Positions 14,977 through 23,289 of a stretch of DNA of 27,249 bases are shown piece by piece; the stretch's first letter is position 1, and the number at the start of each line of letters is the position of its first letter. Origin of the DNA: a virus. Lineage: Duplodnaviria > Caudoviricetes. Location: positions 1-27,249 of IMG/VR virus record IMGVR_UViG_3300007550_000014, one strand, 5' to 3'. The notes beneath the pieces were generated by a model that was given only the letters and a program-made list of their open reading frames with translations, searched no databases and was not told the DNA's origin. The position numbers were made by a program, and so were the translations under genes.

Positions 14977-15821
14977 GCTATTGTGAGAGTTGAGTTTGCC
15001 GAGTTGTATGTGCCGGTTCGCCCTGGAGCACCTACCAAAGTGACCGAGGCATAGGTGTTGGTCGTTGATCCGGCGAAGAAACGAAACGTCATTCCTGCGG
15101 TTGGAGGGACGTTGAAAGAAACCGAAAGGCCGGTAGTAAATGATGCCGTTGCTGTTGATGCTCCAGTTGTTTTATAGGCTCGGATCGTTCCAGCAGTTAT
15201 GGTTGTGCCGCCTGTATAAGTAAGCGTTCCCTTCAAATCAAGAACCCCGTTTCCAGTTTTGTTAATGCCCCCGATTCCTGAAATATTGCCTGTAACCGTT
15301 ATGGTGTTTGCACCAATGGTGCGATACTGAAGGGAGGTACTGTTAATTAGGAAATCATTGGGGAGAGTTACATTGCCGCCTGTATCAATTCGTCCTGTTA
15401 AATTCGACACCGTAAACAGCCCCGTTCCGAAAGCGTTGCTTGAGTTATATACTATATAATTAGATGCCCCTGTGCCAAAATACGATGTGCCTCCAGAATA
15501 GGTGTTGTTACCGCCTATGGTTAAAATGTTAACCCCCCTTTTTTCCAACGATCCCGATCCGCTTATTACGCCATTAAGTGTTGATGCCAGTGAAACTGTG
15601 AGAGTCCCTTGGTTGATTTGCGTAGGCCCAGTATAGTTACATACGCCCGAAAGCGTCAGTCCACCTACTCCATTTTTTACCAGACCGATTGTGCCAGAAA
15701 TGGCGGCGGAAATTGTGGTTGCAGAATAGCACATGAACTGATGAAAAGTTGTTGATGCGCTAACGATAGCCCGTGCCACACTTGCGCTGACCATTGCTGT
15801 ACTGGAGTCTGTTAAAATCAT
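14973..15821 (-). CDS. Fibre-tip protein with autotransporter-associated beta-strand (PATR) repeats
   Basis: Three repeats: LVKNGVGGLTLSGVCNYTGPTQINQGTL, LEKRGVNILTIGGNNTYSGGT, INKTGNGVLDLKGTLTYTGGTTITAGTI. No signal peptide or beta-barrel. Confidence 0.75.
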   Translation of the reverse strand: MILTDSSTAMVSASVARAIVSASTTFHQFMCYSATTISAAISGTIGLVKNGVGGLTLSGVCNYTGPTQINQGTLTVSLASTLNGVISGSGSLEKRGVNILTIGGNNTYSGGTSYFGTGASNYIVYNSSNAFGTGLFTVSNLTGRIDTGGNVTLPNDFLINSTSLQYRTIGANTITVTGNISGIGGINKTGNGVLDLKGTLTYTGGTTITAGTIRAYKTTGASTATASFTTGLSVSFNVPPTAGMTFRFFAGSTTNTYASVTLVGAPGRTGTYNSANSTLTIA

Positions 15822-17305
15822 CCGACAATAATATAAAGAGTATTTGCTGCTGGCGAAGTGATGGCAGAATACCCAGCGGACGTGATCTGCATCATATTCG
15901 TTAGTTGTGTTGCGCCCGTGATGCCGGTCGTTACCGATCCGACCTTTTCGCTAAGATCCGCTGAGAGTCCGCTGATTGTTCCGACGGTCAAAGTTGAGTT
16001 CGTCCAAAGCGTGACCGCCGAGTTCCAAAGGATCGTTTGGTTGTTTTGCACCGAAGTAACCAAGACGTCGTGTAATTCTTCAAGCTCAAATCCGTTTTGC
16101 GGCTTTACGTAAATTTGTCCGTTGCCAGCATTCGCACGTTCTACAACTCCGATAAAAACAATGTGGTCGGGTTGCGTTGGCTTAACTCTCGTGAATGCGC
16201 CTGGGGTCGTGTCGAGATAAATTGAGTCGCCAGCTACATAAGGTGATCCGAGAGAAAGACCATCAAGAACGCCTTGCGTAACGATGAATCCAACTTGGTT
16301 TGAAGCGATGCTCTCGGCAACGATTCCCATCGTTTTAGATGACGTTGGATCGCCAACATTTGATGCCCTTTTTACGCTTGCGCGGTTGCCTGTTGCGCCG
16401 AATAAGTAAACTACCTCTCCCTTATTTAGAGTTGTCGCCTCGGCATTGCGAACGTAGGCAACAAGCATCGATCCCATTTGCAACTGCACGTTGCCGCCTG
16501 CCAGACCGACTTGCGGAGTGCCTTCGGTCGTGTTCCAAAACATCTTTCCGATAGCGGCCGTTTCGGTCGCTGCCGTGTTGAAATTAAGGGAGTCCGCAGG
16601 AACGTCTGGAAGCATCTCGATCGTGCGCGACTGCGATAAGTCTCCGCCGCCTGTCAGCCCTGTGCCTGCCGTGATCGCCGTTATCTTGAGTGCCTTTGCG
16701 TCAAGCGCACTTTGCAAGTCGGCCTGGTTTGAAAGCGTGCCAGTTATTGCTCCCCAAGATACAACTGAAAGTGGCGTGACTGCGCTCCACTCCGAGCCAG
16801 TCCAACCTAAAGATTGACCAGTAATCGGCGCTGCCGTCGCAACTGAAAACCCCTGCAATCTCACAACGCTTGGAGATGGATACGTCCCACCAAGATCGCC
16901 CGACGCTGCGCCTGTGGGAGTGCGCGAATCGCTTAGGCGTGGATCTGTTGTAATTACAGCTGTCCCTGAAATTGCGCTTGGTGAAATGCCGGACGATGGA
17001 GCCTTTGCATCGAGAACCGTTTGAAGATCGAGTTGGTTGGAAAGCGTGCCAGCGATGCCACCCCAAATTGCAGAACCACCGCCGCCACCGCCCGTGATCC
17101 ACTCGGTGTCGTAGTCGGAGTTGGTTTTCTTCGCGAGCACCTGCCCCGTGAAGCCCCCCGTAATGACCCCCGGCCCTACCGGCCCCGCTGGGCCTTGGCT
17201 TCCGGTCGGCCCCGCTGCGCCCGTTACCAACTCGGTGCGGAGTATTGGCTGATAGTCTACTTCTGGGACTTCGCGTCCCTCGTCTTCTGGGAAAAAGATG
17301 CTCAT
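15818..17305 (-). CDS. Fibre protein (short collagen-like segment, modular shaft)
   Basis: GAAGPTGSQGPAGPVGPG, GQVLAKKTNSDYDTEW, two copies of WGxIxGTLSNQxDLQxxLDAK, and C-terminal YSAITSPAANTLYIIVG typical of upper-fibre ends. Confidence 0.75.
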   Translation of the reverse strand: MSIFFPEDEGREVPEVDYQPILRTELVTGAAGPTGSQGPAGPVGPGVITGGFTGQVLAKKTNSDYDTEWITGGGGGGSAIWGGIAGTLSNQLDLQTVLDAKAPSSGISPSAISGTAVITTDPRLSDSRTPTGAASGDLGGTYPSPSVVRLQGFSVATAAPITGQSLGWTGSEWSAVTPLSVVSWGAITGTLSNQADLQSALDAKALKITAITAGTGLTGGGDLSQSRTIEMLPDVPADSLNFNTAATETAAIGKMFWNTTEGTPQVGLAGGNVQLQMGSMLVAYVRNAEATTLNKGEVVYLFGATGNRASVKRASNVGDPTSSKTMGIVAESIASNQVGFIVTQGVLDGLSLGSPYVAGDSIYLDTTPGAFTRVKPTQPDHIVFIGVVERANAGNGQIYVKPQNGFELEELHDVLVTSVQNNQTILWNSAVTLWTNSTLTVGTISGLSADLSEKVGSVTTGITGATQLTNMMQITSAGYSAITSPAANTLYIIVG

Positions 17306-17610
17306 TTGTTAATGTCCTCAAGCGTGAAATCTACCGATACGGCGTCTTGGGAAAGCTCGGCGGACGTAACGCGAAAGCGCCGACCACCGATGACGAGAAC
17401 ATCACCGAGAGAAATGGTCTGAACGAACGAGTCGTATATCGCCGTTATGGTCATGGACGCCGAGTCCATGAATCCGCCGTCCGCTAGGCTGTTGTCGCGC
17501 TTGTATGTTGTGCGGTTCGCAAGAAAATTGCGCTCTCCGAACGTGACCGCAAGCGGCAACTCGTTCATGATCGCGCTTAGGTCGTTTGTAAATATATCGA
17601 GCAGTCCCAC
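17302..17610 (-). CDS. Head closure / head-tail joining protein
   Basis: 102 aa, GTG start, GDVLVIGGRRFRVTS motif of gpFII-like proteins. Confidence 0.7.
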   Translation of the reverse strand: MGLLDIFTNDLSAIMNELPLAVTFGERNFLANRTTYKRDNSLADGGFMDSASMTITAIYDSFVQTISLGDVLVIGGRRFRVTSAELSQDAVSVDFTLEDINK

Positions 17611-17623
17611 AAAAGGGACGATG

Positions 17624-17629
17624 CGTCAA
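17624..17629 (-). promoter_or_regulatory. TTGACG element 13 nt before GTG 17610
   Basis: TTGACG-CATCGTCCCTTTT-GTG; includes the upstream TGA stop. Confidence 0.4.
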
Positions 17630-18288
17630 AACTTGCGCTCGATACGGCGTTGGTTCGGGTGCTTGAAATCGTGCTTGGGGCTGTCCGAAATGTGAACCCA
17701 GCTTTTGCGGAGCGCGGATGCAAGAATGCTTGTCGAAGTATTGATCGTAACCACCTCTTGCGCGTCTCGAATATACGCGCACATATATTCTATGCTTTCA
17801 AACTCTGCCATCCCGTGAGCGGCCTTCCCAGCGCAAAGAACGGGCCTGCCGTTGGCGACTTGGTGCGCGACTTGAATGACTTCGGCAGGATGAATTTTTT
17901 TGTCTTGTGAATATCCAGTTGGAAAACAAAGAACCCAAGACTTGAGTTCGGGCGGTGTAACTATTGCGGGAGAGTTGAGCACTATTTGTCGGTCTATGTC
18001 TTTTCCTTCTGGAAATAGTCCGTAAACGTAATCACTCCAGCCCAGCTCGCTCGCACAAAAATCTTCGTGCAAGTCGGGCCAAATTTGAAGGTTGATGATG
18101 CGGTGAAATCCGCTGTGATCGTTCTGCGGATAGAGCGGTTTGCAATAATCCACCATCTCGAAAAGACCATGGTATTCTGGCAGGCACTCAAACATGACAT
18201 TATGTCCTTGATCTGCGAAGTGCTTCGCGATCGGCAAGCAACGCGCGATGTCTCCGAGTCGCAAGTGGTAAACGATTAAAATATTCAA
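17626..18288 (-). CDS. GT-B fold glycosyltransferase (GT9-like; TTG start 18288, 220 aa)
   Basis: ILIVYHLRLGDIARCLP and VVTINTSTSILASAL resemble the GT9 motifs (LGD...; DSG..H.A.Al). TTGA overlap with the DUF5672 stop. Confidence 0.6.
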   Translation of the reverse strand: MNILIVYHLRLGDIARCLPIAKHFADQGHNVMFECLPEYHGLFEMVDYCKPLYPQNDHSGFHRIINLQIWPDLHEDFCASELGWSDYVYGLFPEGKDIDRQIVLNSPAIVTPPELKSWVLCFPTGYSQDKKIHPAEVIQVAHQVANGRPVLCAGKAAHGMAEFESIEYMCAYIRDAQEVVTINTSTSILASALRKSWVHISDSPKHDFKHPNQRRIERKF

Positions 18289-18869
18289 AACGTATAGTAT
18301 TGCTCCCGCGTTTTTCCTGCCACCCATCCGTGGAATCCGAAGGAGCGATCCGGCCCTGCGGTATTTTCCTCAACGTAATGCTCCCACGAGAATGCTGCCG
18401 CTACGCTAACCGGAGCGTATTTGATGCCGTTATCTCGGAAGCCTTGCTCCATTGTGCGACAAAGGAAAACATCTCCCGCTTCGCCCTTCCAAAGCGCCTC
18501 GGCCTTTGCTGCCATCTGCAAGAATTTCTGACTCTGGAGTGTGAAGCCGGTATTGCCGACACGATGCCCGACGTTCCAAAACGCAGGCCAAGGCGCTCCT
18601 ACCATATCGTATTCAAGCCATGAATCCTGCCATAGATGCGGGTTTGCAATGAAGCCGTCGTGCGTGCAAATGAGCGCGTGGGAAGTGTCGAAATAGTCGG
18701 CAAAACGACCCAGTTCCCAGTGCATCGCTTGCTGATATGTGCAATCCTCCGCGATGTAAACGGCGTCACCGAACCCACCCAAGCCGCAAAGGTGGTTAAA
18801 TAGTTTCCCGCTTTGTTCGTGCCTTGATTTTAGGCCTTCAAATACGATCAACGTGACGTCTTTATTCAT
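18285..18869 (-). CDS. DUF5672 family protein (putative glycosyltransferase)
   Basis: HALICTHDGF...LEYDMVGAPW...VGNTGFTLQS...GDVFLC...SFGFH match the DUF5672 pattern. Confidence 0.75.
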   Translation of the reverse strand: MNKDVTLIVFEGLKSRHEQSGKLFNHLCGLGGFGDAVYIAEDCTYQQAMHWELGRFADYFDTSHALICTHDGFIANPHLWQDSWLEYDMVGAPWPAFWNVGHRVGNTGFTLQSQKFLQMAAKAEALWKGEAGDVFLCRTMEQGFRDNGIKYAPVSVAAAFSWEHYVEENTAGPDRSFGFHGWVAGKTREQYYTF

Positions 18870-20539
18870 TTCGCGTGGAGTTCTTCAAAAATTGCTTTCG
18901 CTCTTTCATATTCTGCCGGATCGTTTCCACGCTGATATGTCGCATCGAGCGGACGATCTTCAAAAAACGGGTGGTGGTGTACGATAGCAATGTCACGAGC
19001 ATCAACAATCGCCCCATTTTTCGCGGCACGAAAGGTGAAATCGGTGTCGCTGTATACGTTTCGGAATCTTGCGTTGAATAGTCCATGTTGCTCATAATAT
19101 TTGCGTGTAAGAATTGCCATGCAAAGCAATTCGTCTTTTCTATATCCGTCCGATATCCGAAGCACCTGCGGTTTTGAAATATCGAGACGATTCTCAATCA
19201 TCTCGTCCCAGCCCGGCGGGCATTCCCAGTCGTCCGAAAGTTGTATAATAATATCCCCCGACGCCTTGGCCGCTCCTAAGTTCCAAGCTCCGACGGAATA
19301 CCCTTGGTCTTTTTGCGTCACAGATCGGAATCGTTTTAGAACGTCAGCCGTAGTATCGTCGTGATCGACTGCAAAGATATGTTCCACGCGCTCTGGATGC
19401 GTTGCGCGGGAAAGCCACAGCGTCATACATTGAACGGCCTCCACCGGCCTTCCTCGCGTTGCATGGACTAGCGAAATCTTAGGCTTGTCCGACCCTGCCA
19501 GCGTTTCACGCTCGATCTCTTCCGCGTCTTCGTTGCGTCCGAGAAGTCGGAGCACCCATGCGTAGAGTTGATCTCCCTTCCATCCATACCACTCTTTCCG
19601 ATGCGTCCATTGCGGAAACTTAGGCGTCGGCACTTCGAGCATTTCTTCTACCACTTTCAGCGCTTCTTGGTATTTTTTATCATCAAGCAAAATGCTGGCT
19701 TCTAGCCCGTAGGCTTCGCGGCGCTTTGGTTCAAGCTCTCTAGCCTTGCGTGCAAGGTTGAGCGATGTTGCACCTGATGTCAGGTTTGCACAGTTTAACA
19801 ATACTTCGTAGCGATTAACGCCGTCCAGATCGCTCAATGCCAATGCCTCGGAGCCGTATTTCGCAGCGAGTTCTTTGTTTCCTGCGATGAAGTTCTCGTA
19901 GTGCAAATAGAATTTAAAATGCGAAGTCATCCTGTCTTGGTGCATTAGAATGCGGCGGTTGCGCTCGCTGCTGTTGCGATGCCCTAGCGGCGGCTTGTGA
20001 GTGATCTCCAAGTCGCGGCGCATATAGACCTGCACGTCCTTTGTAGGCTGCGCGTTTTCATGAACTGGACGATGCCACCATGCCGTGTGGTAGCGGAAGA
20101 ATCGCTCGCGTGGTGCGCGTTTGCCTTGTTCTGGAATAACGTAGTCGGTGAGAATCCAGTCTTGCTCTGGTGGGCATTCTTCAAGCGCGGCGAGCGTAGG
20201 AGCGACCATTGCCGGTTCAATGATGTCGTCGCAGTCAGCCCACATAACCCAGCCTTCCTTACCGGCGAGTTCGTAAGCCTTGGCAAATGCCTTGTTCCTA
20301 GCTTCGCCGAAGTTGTCGAGGTGTTCCCAGTCGGCCACTAGCGGAGAATTGAGATATTCGTCAACGTGACATCCAAGTTCTTTTGCTATTTCTAGCGTGC
20401 GGTCTGGCTTGAGTGCTCCGATTGCGCGGACGACAACAATCTCGTCGCATATCTGTTGGAGTGACTTAACGCATCGCTCAATGCGCGGCTCTTCGTTGCC
20501 GCAAATTAAGCCTGCGACCAGCTTCGTTTTTTTGTTCAT
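18866..20539 (-). CDS. Bifunctional glycosyltransferase: GT2 + TPR + second GT2 domain (557 aa; start ATG 20539)
   Basis: N-terminal GNEEPRIERCVKSL...NFGEARN...WADCDD...WHRPVHE; central TPR-like helices (ELEPKRREAY); C-terminal SLVHATRGR...AWNLGA...QLSDD...YSDTDF. Confidence 0.85.
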   Translation of the reverse strand: MNKKTKLVAGLICGNEEPRIERCVKSLQQICDEIVVVRAIGALKPDRTLEIAKELGCHVDEYLNSPLVADWEHLDNFGEARNKAFAKAYELAGKEGWVMWADCDDIIEPAMVAPTLAALEECPPEQDWILTDYVIPEQGKRAPRERFFRYHTAWWHRPVHENAQPTKDVQVYMRRDLEITHKPPLGHRNSSERNRRILMHQDRMTSHFKFYLHYENFIAGNKELAAKYGSEALALSDLDGVNRYEVLLNCANLTSGATSLNLARKARELEPKRREAYGLEASILLDDKKYQEALKVVEEMLEVPTPKFPQWTHRKEWYGWKGDQLYAWVLRLLGRNEDAEEIERETLAGSDKPKISLVHATRGRPVEAVQCMTLWLSRATHPERVEHIFAVDHDDTTADVLKRFRSVTQKDQGYSVGAWNLGAAKASGDIIIQLSDDWECPPGWDEMIENRLDISKPQVLRISDGYRKDELLCMAILTRKYYEQHGLFNARFRNVYSDTDFTFRAAKNGAIVDARDIAIVHHHPFFEDRPLDATYQRGNDPAEYERAKAIFEELHAK

Positions 20540-20557
20540 GTTTACTCTTGATGTATA

Positions 20558-20563
20558 TGTCAA
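20558..20563 (-). promoter_or_regulatory. TTGACA element 18 nt before ATG 20539 (glycosyltransferase cassette)
   Basis: Intergenic, directly after the capsid terminator: TTGACA-TATACATCAAGAGTAAAC-ATG. Confidence 0.55.
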
Positions 20564-20570
20564 CAAAAAC

Positions 20571-20600
20571 AAAAAAGCCACCCCTTTCGAGGTGGCTTTT
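20571..20600 (-). terminator. Intrinsic terminator after the major capsid gene
   Basis: Minus strand reads AAAAGCCACCTC-GAAA-GGGGTGGCTTTTTT: GC stem, GAAA tetraloop, U tract. Confidence 0.85.
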
Positions 20601-20622
20601 CCGATGCTACTTGCGGGGAATC

Positions 20623-21573
20623 TTAGAATCCAGTCGTGATGCGGATGATGCTCGATCCGTCGATGACTTTCTCGGCGCTGTTCTGACGAACGCGGAGAAC
20701 GTCGGCGCGGCGGGCTTCGTCACGATAGGTTTCGGAGACGAAAGGCACGGGACTATCAGCAGCCCATACAATCGTGCGGCCGAATCCACCGCCGGAGAAG
20801 TCTCCACCAACCGTGTTGGCGAGGGCCATGTAGGTGTTGCTCCAGATGAACCCGCCCGAATACACTTGGCCTTTTTTGGCTGTGTTTTTCGGGGCGCGAC
20901 CAACGAGAACGCGGTCGACTCCGACAGCGGCGGCCACTTCGCCTTCGCTCAAGAGACGGCTTTGATCCGAAGGAACGATGCCGAAGAATTGGTTTTGAAC
21001 CTTGGCCGAGCGGCGAATGCGCTCGAACACAGGCATGGACATGATCAATGTATTCGCGAGCACGCCGTATTTGGCGAGTTCGAGCTTGGCTGCGGCAACG
21101 TCGCCGGGGACGTCGAAGCTGGTGATGTTCGCTTCGGTGTAGGCTGCGCTGGCGCTGATCGCTGTCAGGCCGTTGGCGGCGAATGCTGCGGAAGCAACAC
21201 GGGCCTCGTGGCTGACTTGGATCTGGCGGAGCAACATCGCGGCGATGTTAACTTCGGTGTCGAAGAATCTGTCGAGATCGCGGCGGTTGGAGTCAGGAAG
21301 AACCTCTTCGAGACCGTATTCGATAGCGTCGAACGAGTCGCTTGTGAACCGGCGGCTTGTGCGGGGATATCCAGCACCGGCGGCGATCTTGAGTGCGTCG
21401 TCGTTGAGGGCTTCGGAGTCGCCGAGGTTCAATTTCAGATATGCGCCGGAGCGAACGTCTGAGCTGAACACGGGCATGACTTCTGTGCCGATGAACAAAT
21501 TGTTTTTGTTGCTGAGACCTTCGAAGACAGCCTGGGCGATGTCTGCGCGAATGGTTGTGTATGAGAGTGCCAT
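20623..21573 (-). CDS. Major capsid protein (HK97 fold)
   Basis: 316 aa after the scaffold and decoration genes, with EYGLEEVL, HEARVA, ANTLIMS and ETYRDE motifs; followed by a strong terminator. Confidence 0.85.
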   Translation of the reverse strand: MALSYTTIRADIAQAVFEGLSNKNNLFIGTEVMPVFSSDVRSGAYLKLNLGDSEALNDDALKIAAGAGYPRTSRRFTSDSFDAIEYGLEEVLPDSNRRDLDRFFDTEVNIAAMLLRQIQVSHEARVASAAFAANGLTAISASAAYTEANITSFDVPGDVAAAKLELAKYGVLANTLIMSMPVFERIRRSAKVQNQFFGIVPSDQSRLLSEGEVAAAVGVDRVLVGRAPKNTAKKGQVYSGGFIWSNTYMALANTVGGDFSGGGFGRTIVWAADSPVPFVSETYRDEARRADVLRVRQNSAEKVIDGSSIIRITTGF

Positions 21574-21587
21574 AGTGGGTAGTTAAA

Positions 21588-21950
21588 TTATTGGTTGAAC
21601 TTAGGGACGTATTCGACGATGTCACCGGCTACGCCGCTGTTGATCGCGATGCCGAGAGTCGCTGCGCTGGCTGCGAGGCTTCCGACGATGGTTCCGTTCG
21701 TCACAGCGAAGACCGAGCTGCCTGCGGTAACGATACCGGCGGCGGCTACGATGCCGAACTGCGATGGGAAAAACATTTTGACGGCGCCTTGATCAGCGGC
21801 TGCGGTGTCGTCTTGGACAACTCCGATTGCTGCGGCTCCGGTTGATGCGGCTTGCGCCGCGTTGTCGCCTGACACGCTCACGAGAGTGTTGGCGCTGATA
21901 GCGGAAGCGAAGTTAAAACTCCGGATTCCTAGGTCGTTTTGTGTTGCCAT
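21588..21950 (-). CDS. Capsid decoration/cement protein (DUF2190-like)
   Basis: 120 aa, Ala/Gly-rich, AIGV...LGIAINSGVAGDIVE; lies between scaffold and major capsid. Confidence 0.7.
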   Translation of the reverse strand: MATQNDLGIRSFNFASAISANTLVSVSGDNAAQAASTGAAAIGVVQDDTAAADQGAVKMFFPSQFGIVAAAGIVTAGSSVFAVTNGTIVGSLAASAATLGIAINSGVAGDIVEYVPKFNQ

Positions 21951-21962
21951 AAATTAGGTGGA

Positions 21963-22373
21963 TTAAAAGTTGAGTTGGTTGTTGTCGCGGGCTTCGATGT
22001 AGGCTTCGCGGTGGTTGCGCATTGCGAAACGGATCGCTTCGGTGCGGCTGCCGAGTTCCTCGGTTTTCTGGGTGATGATCGCTTTCAAGTCGAATTTCTC
22101 TTCGGCTTTCTCTTCAGCTACTACCGAAGCCTTTACTGGAGCGGCTCCGAAGTTCGAGATGATCGTGTCGAGCTTGGCTTCGAGCTTGGAAATTGCGCTG
22201 AGTTCAGCGGCCATCTCTTCCTTCATAGGCTCTGCGGCTGGATCTTCGGCTGGCATTTCCATTTTGTTCTTGTAGTCGCCGAAGGCGGTTTCAAGAGCGG
22301 CGAGACGAGAAACGATGTCGGCGATGCTGACCTCGTCCTCCTTTGGTTCGATTTCAATTGTTGCGTCTTCCAT
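21963..22373 (-). CDS. Nested in-frame scaffold protein (136 aa, MEDATIEIEP...)
   Basis: In-frame ATG at the domain boundary, preceded by TTGACA-N14 like other structural gene starts. Analogous to lambda C/Nu3. Confidence 0.55.
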   Translation of the reverse strand: MEDATIEIEPKEDEVSIADIVSRLAALETAFGDYKNKMEMPAEDPAAEPMKEEMAAELSAISKLEAKLDTIISNFGAAPVKASVVAEEKAEEKFDLKAIITQKTEELGSRTEAIRFAMRNHREAYIEARDNNQLNF

Positions 22374-22820
22374 TTGTTTGAAAAATTTGTCAACTTGCTT
22401 GGCGGTAAAACTGAAAAGCCCGGTCGCATTTGCGGCTGGAGTTTGCACGAGATCGGCGCTGTAAAGCTCGGTGCAGCTCGCGAAGTCCATCCCATTCACT
22501 TCACGGATCGGCCCGCTAAATGCGATACTGATCCCGAACGTGTCGGGAAGTTTGCTTGAAATCTCCAAGACGTAATCGCGCATTGGCGATGTTTGGAGAA
22601 GGTTGAGATCGCCCAAGAGTTGCGATCCGACGATGCGGAAATTGTTTACGAAACCGACGATGTCTTTAATGCCTGCGCCGTGGTCTAGGTTGACCTTGAC
22701 GCCGCCCTTGTATGACTCCGCGCATTCTTTGACTTCCATCAAAGTCTGCTCGTCAACGTATAGGCCGTGGCCTTTCGCTTCGCCGATTGAAATTATTGAT
22801 ACGCCTTCGATGACATCCAT
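21963..22820 (-). CDS. Prohead protease fused to scaffold domain
   Basis: N-terminal GEAKGHG...VNLDHG...FGISI...SADLVQTPAAN protease-like domain; acidic helical C-terminal half. Confidence 0.75.
   Translation of the reverse strand: MDVIEGVSIISIGEAKGHGLYVDEQTLMEVKECAESYKGGVKVNLDHGAGIKDIVGFVNNFRIVGSQLLGDLNLLQTSPMRDYVLEISSKLPDTFGISIAFSGPIREVNGMDFASCTELYSADLVQTPAANATGLFSFTAKQVDKFFKQMEDATIEIEPKEDEVSIADIVSRLAALETAFGDYKNKMEMPAEDPAAEPMKEEMAAELSAISKLEAKLDTIISNFGAAPVKASVVAEEKAEEKFDLKAIITQKTEELGSRTEAIRFAMRNHREAYIEARDNNQLNF
22388..22393 (-). promoter_or_regulatory. TTGACA element 14 nt before internal ATG 22373
   Basis: TTGACA-AATTTTTCAAACAA-ATG inside the protease gene. Confidence 0.5.
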
Positions 22821-22833
22821 TCGAAGGCGCGGA

Positions 22834-22839
22834 TGTCAA
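22834..22839 (-). promoter_or_regulatory. TTGACA element 13 nt before ATG 22820 (protease)
   Basis: TTGACA-TCCGCGCCTTCGA-ATG; includes the upstream TGA stop. Confidence 0.5.
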
Positions 22840-23285
22840 ATGCTGTCCATCAATTCCATCGCTGCTTGTGCCATCAAATAAACTTCAAGTTCGTTCTCTT
22901 CTTCGCATCCGACGACGTCGAATGTGGACGATATAGACACTCCTGCGCGGCCCGTGCCGGCATGGTTTCGGTTGCCTTTTGCTGTTGTGCTTGCGCTGAT
23001 CGAAAGCGAAGCGTCAGAAGTGCGAGAATTGAACGCGCTGCCTGTTACATTTATCCGCGTTCCTGCGCTTATATCGACGCTCCCGACTGAATATCGGAGT
23101 CTGTTGCCGATAGCGTAGAGCGTTACCCTTCGCTCGTCACGCCTTCCCCCACCCCCAGGAAGATCGGTCGGAGCGATAGGAACTGGCGGGACTACCGAAA
23201 CGAATAACAAGCCCTGCACGCCGATTGAAATCGGCGTCGGGCTTGGCATTAAGCCCTGCGTTGCGATGAGCAGGGAAGCTAGCAT
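22836..23285 (-). CDS. Hypothetical virion-associated protein
   Basis: 149 aa with a Pro/Gly linker and acidic C-terminus EEENELEVYL, inside the head module. Confidence 0.6.
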   Translation of the reverse strand: MLASLLIATQGLMPSPTPISIGVQGLLFVSVVPPVPIAPTDLPGGGGRRDERRVTLYAIGNRLRYSVGSVDISAGTRINVTGSAFNSRTSDASLSISASTTAKGNRNHAGTGRAGVSISSTFDVVGCEEENELEVYLMAQAAMELMDSI

Positions 23286-23289
23286 ACGC

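Noticed and set aside
17604-17619. GTCCC/GGGAC hairpin over the GTG start of the head-closure gene
   Set aside because: Only a 5-bp stem; cannot be told from chance without comparative data.
20548-21462. 304-aa alternative-frame ORF overlapping the major capsid gene
   Set aside because: Shadow ORF of a strongly codon-biased, GC-rich gene; no recognisable motifs.
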